Of a DNA stretch of 64,000 nt, positions 10,738 to 21,469 are shown piece by piece. The position numbers were made by a program, and so were the translations under genes. The notes under the pieces were generated by a model. It had not been told where the DNA came from and made no database searches. It saw only the letters and a list, made by a program, of their open reading frames with translations. This DNA is from Promethearchaeota archaeon (GTDB taxonomy: Archaea > Asgardarchaeota > Lokiarchaeia > Sigyniarchaeales > SOKP01), in the NCBI GenBank assembly GCA_019057795.1, contig JAHLWS010000080.1:1-64000 (forward strand). Reading direction: 5' to 3'. The stretch's first letter is position 1, and each line of letters starts with the position of its first letter.

Positions 10738-11403
10738 ATGGAGATTGAAAACAAAAACGAAGGCGTTGTTAAAAACTTAGCAGAGAGAGTTAAGAAAGGA
10801 GAAATTTCACCGAAGGAAGCAAGGGAAGAATTATATAAAATGGGGCTTCGTCACAAAGATTACGAACTGAAATATAAAAAAATTACTTTACCCTTTGGAA
10901 TTTTGGGATTATTATTTATTTTGATTCCCTTTTTAGTTAAATTCACGGGATTACCAATTATAAATTCCTTCGTAGATTTATCGTTTATAATTTTTCATCC
11001 AATTTTTTTGGTTACTATATTCATTTTGTTAATGTTTTTAATAATAATAGGATGTTATGCCGGATACCTAAGACATACAAGAGGAGGAACTAAAGATGGC
11101 GATGAGCCTATAATCCATATTAAAGGAGGTCCTTATGCTGTTATGAGACATCCAACTGTAGCGTTGCTTGCGATTATACCTTTATGGTTTTCGATGATTC
11201 TTAGTTTGGCTATGATTGTTCCATATACAATTATTTCTGTTACTGGAAATATCTTGTTATTTATAGCAATATATTTTGATATTAAAGGAGAAGAAGAATT
11301 TAACATAATAAAATGGGGAGAAGAATATAGGCAATATCAGAAGGATGTGCCTAAATTCAATTTTTTAGTTGGATTTATAAAATGGGCTAAAAGAAAAATG
11401 TAG
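10738..11403 (+). CDS. ICMT/PEMT-family membrane methyltransferase
   Basis: GGPYAVMRHP and EEE...WGEEYRQYQKDVP. Confidence 0.85.
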   Translation: MEIENKNEGVVKNLAERVKKGEISPKEAREELYKMGLRHKDYELKYKKITLPFGILGLLFILIPFLVKFTGLPIINSFVDLSFIIFHPIFLVTIFILLMFLIIIGCYAGYLRHTRGGTKDGDEPIIHIKGGPYAVMRHPTVALLAIIPLWFSMILSLAMIVPYTIISVTGNILLFIAIYFDIKGEEEFNIIKWGEEYRQYQKDVPKFNFLVGFIKWAKRKM

Positions 11404-11411
11404 ACCATAAG

Positions 11412-11876
11412 GTGTTAGTGAAAAAAGTGAGAATTCCTATACAAGTATTGGTCTATCCCGTTAGAAAAACCAATAATGAATGGGAGTATTTAATGCTAAA
11501 AAGAATAATAAGCCGAGGGGGCGTTTGGCAAGGAGTTACTGGAGCCCCTGAAGGTGATGAAACTATTGCTGAGAGCGCCAAAAGAGAATTATGCGAAGAG
11601 ACAGGCTATAGAGTTTTTACTCTAATTAAAACTGATATATCTTATATAATTCCAATGCGAGATAAATGGAAGGACATCTATCCTGAGGACACTAAAGAAA
11701 TCCCTGAATATCTTTTTATTGCTAAGATAAATGATCCAGGTCCACCTCAAATAGATCCTATTGAACACGACGATTGGAAATGGTGTTCTTATGAAGAAAC
11801 TATGGATTTACTATCCTGGGAGAATAACAAAAGTGCTCTTGAATTCGTTCATAAGTTCTTAAGAAAAGAAAAGTAA
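11412..11876 (+). CDS. NUDIX hydrolase (NudB-like)
   Basis: WQGVTG...ESAKRELCEETG Nudix box; EHDDWKW. Confidence 0.9.
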   Translation: MLVKKVRIPIQVLVYPVRKTNNEWEYLMLKRIISRGGVWQGVTGAPEGDETIAESAKRELCEETGYRVFTLIKTDISYIIPMRDKWKDIYPEDTKEIPEYLFIAKINDPGPPQIDPIEHDDWKWCSYEETMDLLSWENNKSALEFVHKFLRKEK

Positions 11877-12100
11877 TTAATTTATATAGATTTTATAAGA
11901 AGTTTCGCTTAATCTTATAATAGCACTGCTATTTGAATAAGTGGTAGTTCCATCCCAGGCATGGAATAAAGGTTTAAAAAATCATCCATAAATATTTTTA
12001 TAGAAGCGTCTTCTTAATATTATATGCAAATCGTTAAATATTTATTATATTCAACGCAAGTCATTTATTTAAAAAAATTATAATTTTTAAAAAAGAAATT

Positions 12101-12793
12101 ATGGGAGAAAAAGCAATGAAAAAGTACAAACCTATTTTAATAATAGTTATTTGTTCTCTAATACCTTTATTGTTTACAGCGATAATTCCCTATGTATTAC
12201 CTACAGAATTACATCTTAATTCACTTAAGAGAAACGATCATAGCTGGACTTCTGAAATTAAATTGTATGTTATAACTTTGGAAGAAGGATCTCAATACAC
12301 AATTGATGTAGATATAGATTCCTTTTGGGGTATGGATATATCGATAAGAATAGGAGAAACGCCCTATATGATAGAAGGATTTTCAGTCGATAGCGGCTCA
12401 TCTACAGGAGAAACAATGCATTTTACAGCATCAAAAACAGGTGATTACTATATTCAGATTATAGTTAATTCAGGTGGAGGCTTTTATGATATAATAGTAG
12501 AATCAGGGACAATAGGTTCAGCTACGGGAACAACTCTTGAATTTTTTGATGTTTCATATTTATTAGTTTTAATACTACCTTGTGTATTTATTTTCGTAAT
12601 GGGATTAATAATCCTAAAAAGAAGAGCTTCAATACCAGAAAGGAAACCTTTCATTAGTGTTTATAAGAGATGGGATAAGCCTGAGAAAGAAGATTTAGTT
12701 GAAAAAGAAGAGGTAATGATTTGCGAATACTGTGGAAGAGAAATCAAAAAATTCCTAAAAAAATGTCCACATTGTAATACATCTCTACAGTAA
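12101..12793 (+). CDS. Membrane protein with extracellular beta domain and C-terminal zinc ribbon
   Basis: N-terminal TM, PPC-like TGDYYIQI, second TM, CEYCG...CPHC. Confidence 0.75.
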   Translation: MGEKAMKKYKPILIIVICSLIPLLFTAIIPYVLPTELHLNSLKRNDHSWTSEIKLYVITLEEGSQYTIDVDIDSFWGMDISIRIGETPYMIEGFSVDSGSSTGETMHFTASKTGDYYIQIIVNSGGGFYDIIVESGTIGSATGTTLEFFDVSYLLVLILPCVFIFVMGLIILKRRASIPERKPFISVYKRWDKPEKEDLVEKEEVMICEYCGREIKKFLKKCPHCNTSLQ

Positions 12794-12866
12794 AGTCTCT
12801 TACTAAAGAGATTTATAATCACTAATATAACTAATACTAATTAAAAAAAAATATACTAATTTTTTA

Positions 12867-14327
12867 TTATTTTGGGAGCCTATAAAAAACTGTATAAATA
12901 ATTGCGAAAATAAGATAAGCTCCAATAGGAATCAATAGAATCCAAAATTCATTAGGTTGGAAAAATTCGATTTGAAGTATCACTGTTATAAAAGTCATCA
13001 ATAAAAATATTGTCCATAGTGCCAAAATCCTTGTTTTTATTGGTTTTCTAACGACATAATGAATAATCAAAGCTGCGATTGCGTAAATATTAATGATCAT
13101 GAGAGGTATTGGCACCCAGAAGCCTTGGCTCCAGAATGATAAAAGAAGAATTGAAACAAACACTATGAAAAAGTTGAAATAATATAATATCCTTCTTATT
13201 AAATCTTCTTGATGATCAATTTTATACCACAATATACCAAACCCAATAAATATAATCCATAACGCTACTAAATCTATCATGTCAAAAGGATTGAAAGGAG
13301 CAGCCATTCCGTAGTGAGTCCCCCACCAAGCAGTGATCATTCCATATCCTAATATCTGGGTGAGTAATATATGATATGTTGATTTACCAATTAAAGAGAT
13401 AGACTTTGAAATACGCCAGTCAGATTTTTGAGGTAAAAATCGGATTGCTAGCAAAACAAGCATAGCAGAATAAGGAAAAACTAGGAAATGATAATCTCCT
13501 CTTAAAAGTGGAAAACCTTCGATCCTAAATCGAAAGCCATAAAATTGGTAAGCTATAAGATATGCTAAGCTAATTGGAAATATTATCCACATAAACAAAT
13601 TTCTTTTAATTGTAAGTTTATGACCAAAAGAAAACCATATACCCAAACCGACTGCAGAAAGATAAAATAAGATACTCATCATGAACATGTTTAAGAGATG
13701 TACTTCTTCCCAAGTTGTAATTTCTCCAATAAAGAAAAATACTGTGATTTGCATAGCAATTTCAATGAGAAAGGTTAGCGCTAATGTTAGACCAGGTTTT
13801 TTACTAAATCCCTTATATAGTAAAGGCATGATTAAAATTGACTGGAATATTACAGGTAGAAACCAATTGCCTGGTCCCCAAAATGGCAATATTCCTATAA
13901 AGAGATTTATTATACCATGACTTGGATAGAATTGCCCATTATACATTGCCTCAAAATCAAATCCATACATGAACAACCCAATAAAGGTTGATACAACGTA
14001 TAGTATAAGAAAAGGTATGATATAGCGGATAATTTTTCTCTTGAAATAACTCCAAGAATATAATTCTTTTAAAGATAAATCCTCCTTTCCTTTAAATGAT
14101 AGTCCCATGTTAAATCCCATGACTACCAAAAATACTGGAATAGAAATCCTTTCCCATAATGCAACACCAATTTCACTTTTAATCGTCCACGCTACGAAAT
14201 GATCGAAGATAACTAAGAAAATCATTACTGCTTTCAAAAAGTCTATTTGAAAATAATTCGACTTACGTCCATTTATTGCTTCTTGTTCAAGATCTTGTAA
14301 AATAGTTTCATTCATGTTATTCGTCAA
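12867..14327 (-). CDS. Acyltransferase-3 family membrane O-acyltransferase
   Basis: IDFLKAVMIFLVIFDH, PVFLVVMG, IGKSTYHILLTQ. Confidence 0.85.
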   Translation of the reverse strand: MTNNMNETILQDLEQEAINGRKSNYFQIDFLKAVMIFLVIFDHFVAWTIKSEIGVALWERISIPVFLVVMGFNMGLSFKGKEDLSLKELYSWSYFKRKIIRYIIPFLILYVVSTFIGLFMYGFDFEAMYNGQFYPSHGIINLFIGILPFWGPGNWFLPVIFQSILIMPLLYKGFSKKPGLTLALTFLIEIAMQITVFFFIGEITTWEEVHLLNMFMMSILFYLSAVGLGIWFSFGHKLTIKRNLFMWIIFPISLAYLIAYQFYGFRFRIEGFPLLRGDYHFLVFPYSAMLVLLAIRFLPQKSDWRISKSISLIGKSTYHILLTQILGYGMITAWWGTHYGMAAPFNPFDMIDLVALWIIFIGFGILWYKIDHQEDLIRRILYYFNFFIVFVSILLLSFWSQGFWVPIPLMIINIYAIAALIIHYVVRKPIKTRILALWTIFLLMTFITVILQIEFFQPNEFWILLIPIGAYLIFAIIYTVFYRLPK

Positions 14328-14466
14328 AATTTTTAATGTTTAATTTTTATTGTAAATTATAGTATTTTTACTGTATAGTAAATTATAATACTTTATCATT
14401 ACGTAATTTTATATTCTTAAAGGAGTCCAATCTTTATATTCAATAATAGTTTTTTTCGTATCTCCT

Positions 14467-14595
14467 ATGGTAGTTCTTATAGAGATTAAACAGAAGTCGT
14501 TCAAAATTAGAATATTAAAAACTTTAGAAAAATTAGGATTGAATAAGGGAATTGAAGTTACAGTAAATCTAAAACCGTTAAAAGATGCTACATAA
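14467..14595 (+). pseudogene. Degenerate DUF104/AF2212-like antitoxin
   Basis: MVVLIEIKQKSFKIRILKTLEKLGLNKGIEVTVNLK resembles LKPLEKLxLxEGxEVxV; TATA at about 14433; no toxin follows. Confidence 0.4.
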
Positions 14596-14685
14596 TTAGA
14601 AATAGAGACAAATCGATAAAGTGGTAGATCAGTTCAAGAACACTTGAAATTGTAATATTTTATTACTCAAAAATAAAAAAAAATA

Positions 14686-14699
14686 GGCTCTTATGAGCC
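14686..14699 (-). terminator. Hairpin plus oligo-T terminator
   Basis: ggctc-ttat-gagcc just after the stop of 14704..16077, followed by a T run on the minus strand. Confidence 0.5.
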
Positions 14700-14703
14700 A
14701 TTA

Positions 14704-16077
14704 TTAGACTAAATAGAAGCTTGTTGGATAATTGAAATATATCTTCTCCCCGTTATCATACCAAGTAAATTCAAATTGAAACTCATAATATCCTAGTGGA
14801 AGTTCCTTAAAAACAGTGAAATAGTATGCTGGGATAACTAAATAGAAAATTTGAACTAATCCTGGTTCGCCAAACATTTGACCTTCCTCATCGAAATACC
14901 AAACAGTATCAGAAAGGATAATAACTTCTTCGCCAAATACTACTTGAATTGTATAGGGTGGGAAGGCTAACCCTTCCATTCTCTCTGAAAATAGTTGCAT
15001 TACTCCAGGAATTAGATAACCTTTCTCGTCAGATCGAAATTCGCGACCAAAACCTAACTTATTAGCCTCGGGATCGAGTTTCGCGTTTATTATTTCCTCT
15101 TCTATAATAGTAAAATATTCCCAACCATTCTTTTCCACGAACGGATACTCGTCGTATTCATAAGAAGTGTCTGACCAGAAATTTCCTTCTTCCATGTAGG
15201 GATGAGACCAATTATTCATTATTGGCTGATAATCAAACGCCTGTACGCTGTTATCTATGAAGTTATTGTGGTAGACGGTATTTCCTTCGGATCCGAGGCC
15301 AAACGAGATTCCATAGAAGTTATCTGCAATCGTGTTTCTCAAGACATCGTTCATATCCGCGTCAGTTGAATTAATTCCTAATAGATTGTTTTCAAGGGTA
15401 TTCTTGTAAATGATGTTGTCTTTGGGGGAATGTTCTGGTTCGCCTATATTTATTAATGCAATACCAGCTCTAGCATTTCCAACGCAGTAGTTCTTCTCTA
15501 TTATATTTTTGTGGGCTGATGCAATAACAATTCCTGAAACAAAATTATTCTTACAATCGTTTTGTTTAATAGTAGTATACATACCCCATCTGATGTAAAT
15601 CCCAACTTGATTTTCGCTACAATAATTTTTTTGGATCCGGATATGTAAACATCCAATTACGGCGATTCCCGCTCCTTTGTTATCAATAAATCGATTCTTG
15701 AAGATGACCCCATTTTTAGTGTTGGCTAATACAAGTCCTGCACTTTCTCCTTCTATACCGCCATTACTAAAAGTACACTTCATTATTTTGAAATACGCGT
15801 CTGAGTCTTGAATCATCATGGCAAATATAGATCCACTTACATCAATGACTAAGTCCTTAATCACGTAGGGATCTTCTTCGGTACCAGAACCTTTTAGCCA
15901 CGGTTCTGCGCTCCAATCCATCCAAGAACAACCAGGAACGGCATCATTGATTAAAACAGGACCGCTAGTATATACTTGTTTCTTCGCTGTTACAGATACG
16001 GCGAACATGGGAATGATTATCGATAGTGATAGTGCTGTCAGTAATAAGCTAATTTTTACAAATTTTGCTCTATTCAT
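14704..16077 (-). CDS. Secreted right-handed beta-helix (NosD/CASH) protein
   Basis: Signal peptide, GSGTEEDPYVI, repeated N..GI PbH1 units, GNFWSD. Confidence 0.85.
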   Translation of the reverse strand: MNRAKFVKISLLLTALSLSIIIPMFAVSVTAKKQVYTSGPVLINDAVPGCSWMDWSAEPWLKGSGTEEDPYVIKDLVIDVSGSIFAMMIQDSDAYFKIMKCTFSNGGIEGESAGLVLANTKNGVIFKNRFIDNKGAGIAVIGCLHIRIQKNYCSENQVGIYIRWGMYTTIKQNDCKNNFVSGIVIASAHKNIIEKNYCVGNARAGIALINIGEPEHSPKDNIIYKNTLENNLLGINSTDADMNDVLRNTIADNFYGISFGLGSEGNTVYHNNFIDNSVQAFDYQPIMNNWSHPYMEEGNFWSDTSYEYDEYPFVEKNGWEYFTIIEEEIINAKLDPEANKLGFGREFRSDEKGYLIPGVMQLFSERMEGLAFPPYTIQVVFGEEVIILSDTVWYFDEEGQMFGEPGLVQIFYLVIPAYYFTVFKELPLGYYEFQFEFTWYDNGEKIYFNYPTSFYLV

Positions 16078-16141
16078 ATAATTTCTACCTTTTTTTTACA
16101 TTAAATGCTGATCAAAAATGATCAAAAATTATTATAATAAT

Positions 16142-16251
16142 TATTGATATTGATCAAATATCTGTTGTTGAATATAGAATATAAAGATTACAATGAAATT
16201 AACCGTAAATTATTATTTTTACCAGTAAAAATATGGATGCTACTAGTAAAA
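16142..16251 (-). promoter_or_regulatory. TATA promoter plus array of TTAC-NN-GTAA palindromes, copy 1
   Basis: 16142-16190 is 45/49 identical to 21470-21518; GTAAA cores at 16205, 16225, 16246. Confidence 0.7.
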
Positions 16252-16349
16252 ATTGTTCAAATTGGTTTAAAATATCTCAGAAAGAAGTAATTTATTTTGT
16301 CGATAAAATTAAATTATAAAATTTTTAAAAATGAGAAAAACAGATTAAA

Positions 16350-16898
16350 TTATCTTTGTATCTCTTTAATTAACGCATTAAAAGCAACATCAAGCCCTTG
16401 CCCTGTTTTTGCAGAGGTGATATAGTAACCAAGGAATTTTTGCTCCTTTACAATATTTTGAATCCTTGTCTTATCTAGATTCTGTACATTTATCAAGTCA
16501 ACTTTGTTGGCAAAAATTATAACAGGAATCTCTCCGCAATATTGTTTGATATCTTCATACCATGATGTTATGCGCTCAAAACTCCGTTCACCCAAATCAT
16601 TTTTTTCTAGACTATATACAATAATCGCTGCTTTACTTGCTCTGTAAAAAGAAGGGCGTAGAAAATGGAAATCGTCTTGTCCTGCGATATCCCAGAATAT
16701 TAATTCAATCCTATATCCATTAATTTCCGTTTTATAGTTAGTTAGTTGTGCTCCTATAGTTTTAATATAATCAGTTTTAAAGGTCCCTTGAGTGAATCTT
16801 TGAATTAAGGAAGTTTTCCCAACACCCCCGGTTCCGATAACAGTAACTTTAATCTTCAATTTTTTCTTTACAGATTCTACTTCCAAACTGAAATTCAC
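16350..16898 (-). CDS. Rab-like small GTPase
   Basis: GTGGVGKTS, WDIAGQ, NKVD, SAKTG; no CaaX. Confidence 0.95.
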   Translation of the reverse strand: MNFSLEVESVKKKLKIKVTVIGTGGVGKTSLIQRFTQGTFKTDYIKTIGAQLTNYKTEINGYRIELIFWDIAGQDDFHFLRPSFYRASKAAIIVYSLEKNDLGERSFERITSWYEDIKQYCGEIPVIIFANKVDLINVQNLDKTRIQNIVKEQKFLGYYITSAKTGQGLDVAFNALIKEIQR

Positions 16899-16959
16899 AA
16901 CTTTAAATTCTTTTTACATTCTAGTATATTTAGATGTTTCTTTATATAAAACTTTAGAA

Positions 16960-19434
16960 TTAGAAGCTTTCAATCTCTGTTAAAAAAATATCCGCTATGA
17001 CTAACCACTTCTTTTTTAGTTCATAATCACAGAAACATTTGTTTGTAAACTCTTTCCCCTTCCTTAGATATTCAACTGCTAATTCGTAGTTTTCGAGCTC
17101 TTTAAAGCAGATACCCAGTTTAATATAAGTCTGGTATATAAACCATCCGCTACTACTCAGTCCAATTACTTTTTGAAATTGTTCAACTGCTTTTTCATAT
17201 TCTTGGTAATTCATTAAAATCTCACCATACGAGTCGTAATACATCCCGTTATTTTGCTCGGACTCGATAAGTTCCTCTATAATTTTTAACGCTTCATATT
17301 TTTTATTTAGATATTGATACCAATAAGCCTTAAAATTGCGTAAATCTTTATCTTCCGGATTTTTTTCAAGTAATTCGTCAACAATTTTGAACCCCGCGTC
17401 AAGATTTCCTAGCAGTTTATAAACAGATGCTTTTTTCATTTTAAGATCCTTTTCAATTTTTGGGAATTTATCAAGCATTTCATCAAGTAAATCTAATAAA
17501 TCGTGATATTCGTTGAAATACATGAGGACTGCACTCTTGGAGAGATATAAATCAACTTTATTTGGCATAATACTGATTGCCTTATCTATCAATTCATTTG
17601 ATTCTTCATACTTGTTTAATTCAAGTAATACCCGGCTCTTTAGCATAAATAGTAATGCTTTATTAGGGCTAAAGGTATCTAATGCGATTGCCTTATTAAT
17701 ATTATTAAGCCCATAATCTTGTTTTGATTCTTCGTCATCAAACTTGTAAATGAGGTTGTAAGCAAGCGCCAGTCCTCGGGTGGCGTGAGAGAGAGCGTGT
17801 TCTGGATATGTTTCTATAATTTCATTAGATAAATTTATTGCACGGCTGAAATCCCCAATAGTCAGACTTGAAAAAACAGTAAGGAAATAAGCAAGAGTTA
17901 AGATTCGATCCTTATTTTGTGGTAATTTAAGCTCATCGTTTAACAATACTAGCGCATCTTCATACCTATTTAAATAACATAAAACGATAGCTTTAACGAT
18001 TGTTAAAAAACTATCTTTTTCATATGACTTTATGGTAGTTTCTATACTCTCTAGAGCTTTATTATATTCTTTGTTGTCTATTAAATGTTGGCATACGCTA
18101 TTTTGGGGCTTCAATTTCTCTTTGTAATATGGTTTAAGAATTTCTAAGAACACCGTATCTAATTGATAATTTACATCGCTTTGACCCATGAATTGATATT
18201 CCAAATCCTTAGGACTTCTCGTTTGAAAAATATCTATCATATTTTGCCAAATAATTGCGTCTAATTTATCGTAAGTTTCTTTCAATTCAGTTTTTACTTC
18301 AATTTTATAAGCTAAATAATTAATATAACTAGGTAAGAATTTTCTGAAAGAATCTCGTAGGGCTTTATCAAATAAATATCCGCAAACCTCTTCTAAAACA
18401 GCTTTTTCGATAGTGAATGCGTCGAAAGATCTTGAAAATAACCTGTTTAGATAAGTAAATTTGGTAATATGATTTTCCGTAATAGTCCGCAACATTGATT
18501 CTAACTTACCCTTTTCTTGAAAATAATAAATAGACTCTGGCGATGGTTTCAATGTAAAAAATTTGATAGGATAAATATTACTCTCTACAATTTCATCGAC
18601 ATAATATTCCAATTTTGATAGTTTAATTCCATATTTATTCGCAAATTCTTTAAGCGAGATATAGTCAGGGTATTGATCTGGATGGTTAATCGACATGTAA
18701 AGGACAATTTTTTCAAAATCCGCTTGGTTTGTTAGCATAGACTTAACTCTGTCATAATCAAGTTTTAAAATAGTTGTGAGATACCTAAATTGAATGTTTT
18801 CATCCTCCACATTATTATCATCAAAAAACTTTATTGTCGTTATAGTAATCTCATCAATTCTTTTGCTTTCTTCGTTTAAAATTGATTGTCTATCTAAATC
18901 GTAGTTTTGCAGCATTTTAGAATATTCAAATTTACCTGAATTGGTTATTCTGTACTCTTTATTCTCTCTTATGACAAATTCTTTATTTAGTAAAAGGTTA
19001 ATTTTTTTTGATAATGAGGATTGATTAATAGCTAGTGGAGGTTCAGTAAAATGCGACCACTTGCAATAGTTATTATTATACACCATCCAGAGTATCCAAT
19101 CCTCGTAGTTTCTTTTTCTCGTAATAATAGCAGGGGGATAATTTAACTTTCTTTTCGCACCGTGAGTACTAGATATCTCGTGATATCTTCTACGTCCTTC
19201 GCTTGTTATTTTATATTTACCTCGAGCATAATTTTCAACAAAACCCTTACTTTTTAACAAATTTATGTATTTAGAAAGCGTAGATGTAGTAAAACTAAGT
19301 GGTTCTTGCGTAAAGTTAGACCATTGACAATCTTCATTATTAGCGAGCATCCAAAGAATAATGTGCTCAAAATCTTTCTTTCCAATTTTAAAATCTTTAT
19401 AAAATCCTTCGGGGGGATAATTAACTACTGCCAT
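16960..19434 (-). CDS. Tandem winged-helix plus TPR protein
   Basis: Two repeats ILWM..NN..C.WS.FT..PL....S.LSK.INLL..K.FV......Y.IT..G; C-terminal TPR array. Confidence 0.85.
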   Translation of the reverse strand: MAVVNYPPEGFYKDFKIGKKDFEHIILWMLANNEDCQWSNFTQEPLSFTTSTLSKYINLLKSKGFVENYARGKYKITSEGRRRYHEISSTHGAKRKLNYPPAIITRKRNYEDWILWMVYNNNYCKWSHFTEPPLAINQSSLSKKINLLLNKEFVIRENKEYRITNSGKFEYSKMLQNYDLDRQSILNEESKRIDEITITTIKFFDDNNVEDENIQFRYLTTILKLDYDRVKSMLTNQADFEKIVLYMSINHPDQYPDYISLKEFANKYGIKLSKLEYYVDEIVESNIYPIKFFTLKPSPESIYYFQEKGKLESMLRTITENHITKFTYLNRLFSRSFDAFTIEKAVLEEVCGYLFDKALRDSFRKFLPSYINYLAYKIEVKTELKETYDKLDAIIWQNMIDIFQTRSPKDLEYQFMGQSDVNYQLDTVFLEILKPYYKEKLKPQNSVCQHLIDNKEYNKALESIETTIKSYEKDSFLTIVKAIVLCYLNRYEDALVLLNDELKLPQNKDRILTLAYFLTVFSSLTIGDFSRAINLSNEIIETYPEHALSHATRGLALAYNLIYKFDDEESKQDYGLNNINKAIALDTFSPNKALLFMLKSRVLLELNKYEESNELIDKAISIMPNKVDLYLSKSAVLMYFNEYHDLLDLLDEMLDKFPKIEKDLKMKKASVYKLLGNLDAGFKIVDELLEKNPEDKDLRNFKAYWYQYLNKKYEALKIIEELIESEQNNGMYYDSYGEILMNYQEYEKAVEQFQKVIGLSSSGWFIYQTYIKLGICFKELENYELAVEYLRKGKEFTNKCFCDYELKKKWLVIADIFLTEIESF

Positions 19435-19619
19435 AATTCATTTCAATCTAATCGGACTAATTGATTCCTTTAATAAATAAATAGTTTTGGAACTATTTAA
19501 ATTATTCCTTACTTATTGTAATGTTCGAACTTCGGGATAAGTTTCACAATAGAAACTATAAAACGAAGATTAATCTATTTTAAATTAACAAAAAACTCTA
19601 AAGAAGAAGTGAAAAAATC

Positions 19620-20384
19620 ATGCAAGATGTAGAAAATGTTTATCAGGATGCGTACTACAGAACAAAGTGCATTAAAGGGTTATTTATTCACGATATTTCA
19701 AATTTGTTCCAGATAATCAGTAATTCTATAGAGCTCTGTGAATCGTTGCTAAAAGACCAAGTAAAAATAGAGGATATCACGGAGTACTTTCAAATGATTG
19801 CACAGCAATTAAACAGAGGTAAGAAGTTAATTAGAAATGTTAGAAATCTTTCAGAATTGGAAGAATACGAAATGCCTTTAGAACCTGTGGAAGTATTTTC
19901 TAAGTTAAAAAGTGCGATTAATTTTACTTATATTAGTTTTCCTAAAAAAGATATTGATATTAAGGTTATTTCTGATTACGGAAACCTTTGCGCCATGGCA
20001 AATGAGCTATTGAGTGAAGTATTTGAAAACATAATCATGAACTCTATTAATTACAATAAAAATAAAGTTGTTCAGATTGAAGTAATAATTTCTGTGATAG
20101 ATATTTATTATAAAAATTATGTAAAGATCGAGTTCAAAGACAATAGCATGGGTATCGATGACGCTAGAAAAGAGATAATCTTTCAAGAAACCCATATGAA
20201 AAGCAGGCATTCTAAAGGTATGGGAATCGGGCTATCATTAGTTGCCAAATTAATTGAATTATACGGTGGAAATATTTGCGTTAAAAATCGTATAAGGGGA
20301 GATTCGACGAAGGGTAGCAATTTCATAATCTTAATACCGTTAGCAAAAAATAATAAGGTGATGTTTGATGACAAATTGTTATGA
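19620..20384 (+). CDS. Histidine kinase lacking a sensor domain
   Basis: H box FIHDISN, N box FENIIMNS, DNSMG, GMGIGLS. Confidence 0.9.
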   Translation: MQDVENVYQDAYYRTKCIKGLFIHDISNLFQIISNSIELCESLLKDQVKIEDITEYFQMIAQQLNRGKKLIRNVRNLSELEEYEMPLEPVEVFSKLKSAINFTYISFPKKDIDIKVISDYGNLCAMANELLSEVFENIIMNSINYNKNKVVQIEVIISVIDIYYKNYVKIEFKDNSMGIDDARKEIIFQETHMKSRHSKGMGIGLSLVAKLIELYGGNICVKNRIRGDSTKGSNFIILIPLAKNNKVMFDDKLL

Positions 20385-21204
20385 ATATATAAAACCAAAT
20401 AAAATGAAGAAGGATATAAAATGGTATACTTACGTAGATTCTTTTCTTGACTCTAAATTACACGATTTCATGGATGAGTATAAAATAAACAACCAAGCGA
20501 AAATCATAAGAAATTGCGTGAGCTATTGTATTGATTACTTAAATGCTATCTTTTTGAAGAAAGCACATGACGCTTCTCAAAAGTATGATGAAATCGAACT
20601 TGATAATTTAATCAAGAAAGCAATTAACGGGTACGAAATTGGCAATGGCTTTCACGAAGAATTAAAGCAAAAACTTTCGCCCCTTAAATTATCACTCTTA
20701 ATGCTAAATAATTATATCGAGGATAAAGAGAAACTCTTAGAGGGTATTCAGAACGCAATAAGCGCTTTAGAAGACATAGAACTTTCTGTGAAGCGCCATT
20801 TTGAAGAACCTAAACTAATAAGATTTATAAAAAAGTTTGATATTTTGTATATTGAAGATAACGAATTAGAAAGAAAAACAGTTGACACTTATTTTAAGAG
20901 AAAAGGCGTGGATATTAAATCAGTAGAAACTTCTGAAGAGGGCCTTGACATTTTGAAAGTTTCTACACCTCAAGCTTTTTTATTAGATATAGATTTAAGA
21001 AATAGCAATATAGATGGGGCCAAATTGTGCCAGATGCTAAAATCTAAGGAGTTATATAAATCAATTCCTATAATTTTGATATCCGCTGTTGTTTCAGAAA
21101 AAAAAAGACAAGAGATATTAAAAATTACAGAAGCAGATGATTTAATTATTAAGCCTATTGACAAACTAGCAGATTTAGATGTTCTATTAAAATACCTAAA
21201 ATAA
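20368..21204 (+). CDS. Response regulator: RHH-like N-terminus, helical linker, C-terminal receiver
   Basis: IEDN, LLDID, ISA, KP receiver residues; N-terminal KWYTYVDSFLDSKLHDFMDEYKINNQAKIIRNCV. Confidence 0.85.
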   Translation: MTNCYEYIKPNKMKKDIKWYTYVDSFLDSKLHDFMDEYKINNQAKIIRNCVSYCIDYLNAIFLKKAHDASQKYDEIELDNLIKKAINGYEIGNGFHEELKQKLSPLKLSLLMLNNYIEDKEKLLEGIQNAISALEDIELSVKRHFEEPKLIRFIKKFDILYIEDNELERKTVDTYFKRKGVDIKSVETSEEGLDILKVSTPQAFLLDIDLRNSNIDGAKLCQMLKSKELYKSIPIILISAVVSEKKRQEILKITEADDLIIKPIDKLADLDVLLKYLK

Positions 21205-21469
21205 ATCCATATAATTTTTTTTTTTATCTTTTATTTCAAATTATTTCTATTTATTTTCTTTGTTAAATGACCAAAAATATGCTACTATAATACAAAACAA
21301 TAGAATACAATTCTATCCTTCTGGATTTAGAAATAACAGGCCATGAATGGAGATCAACAATCATTCAGCTATAAATCCAACAAAAGAAAAGCGTTTTCAT
21401 TTTAACTACTTTTCTTCGTATTTTCATTCGCCCTCTATTTTTCTCTCAAATTTCATTATCAATTATAAC

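Noticed and set aside
11880-11990. Hairpin and short frames between the NUDIX and membrane genes
   Set aside because: The 6-bp stem and short frames are not distinguishable from chance or unidentifiable remnants.
9598-12793. Integron cassette array
   Set aside because: The genes are co-oriented and small, but there are no repeated attC-like sites and no integrase.
10738-16898. ICMT-like enzyme acting on the small GTPase
   Set aside because: The GTPase has no CaaX motif, and this methyltransferase family is widespread in prokaryotes.
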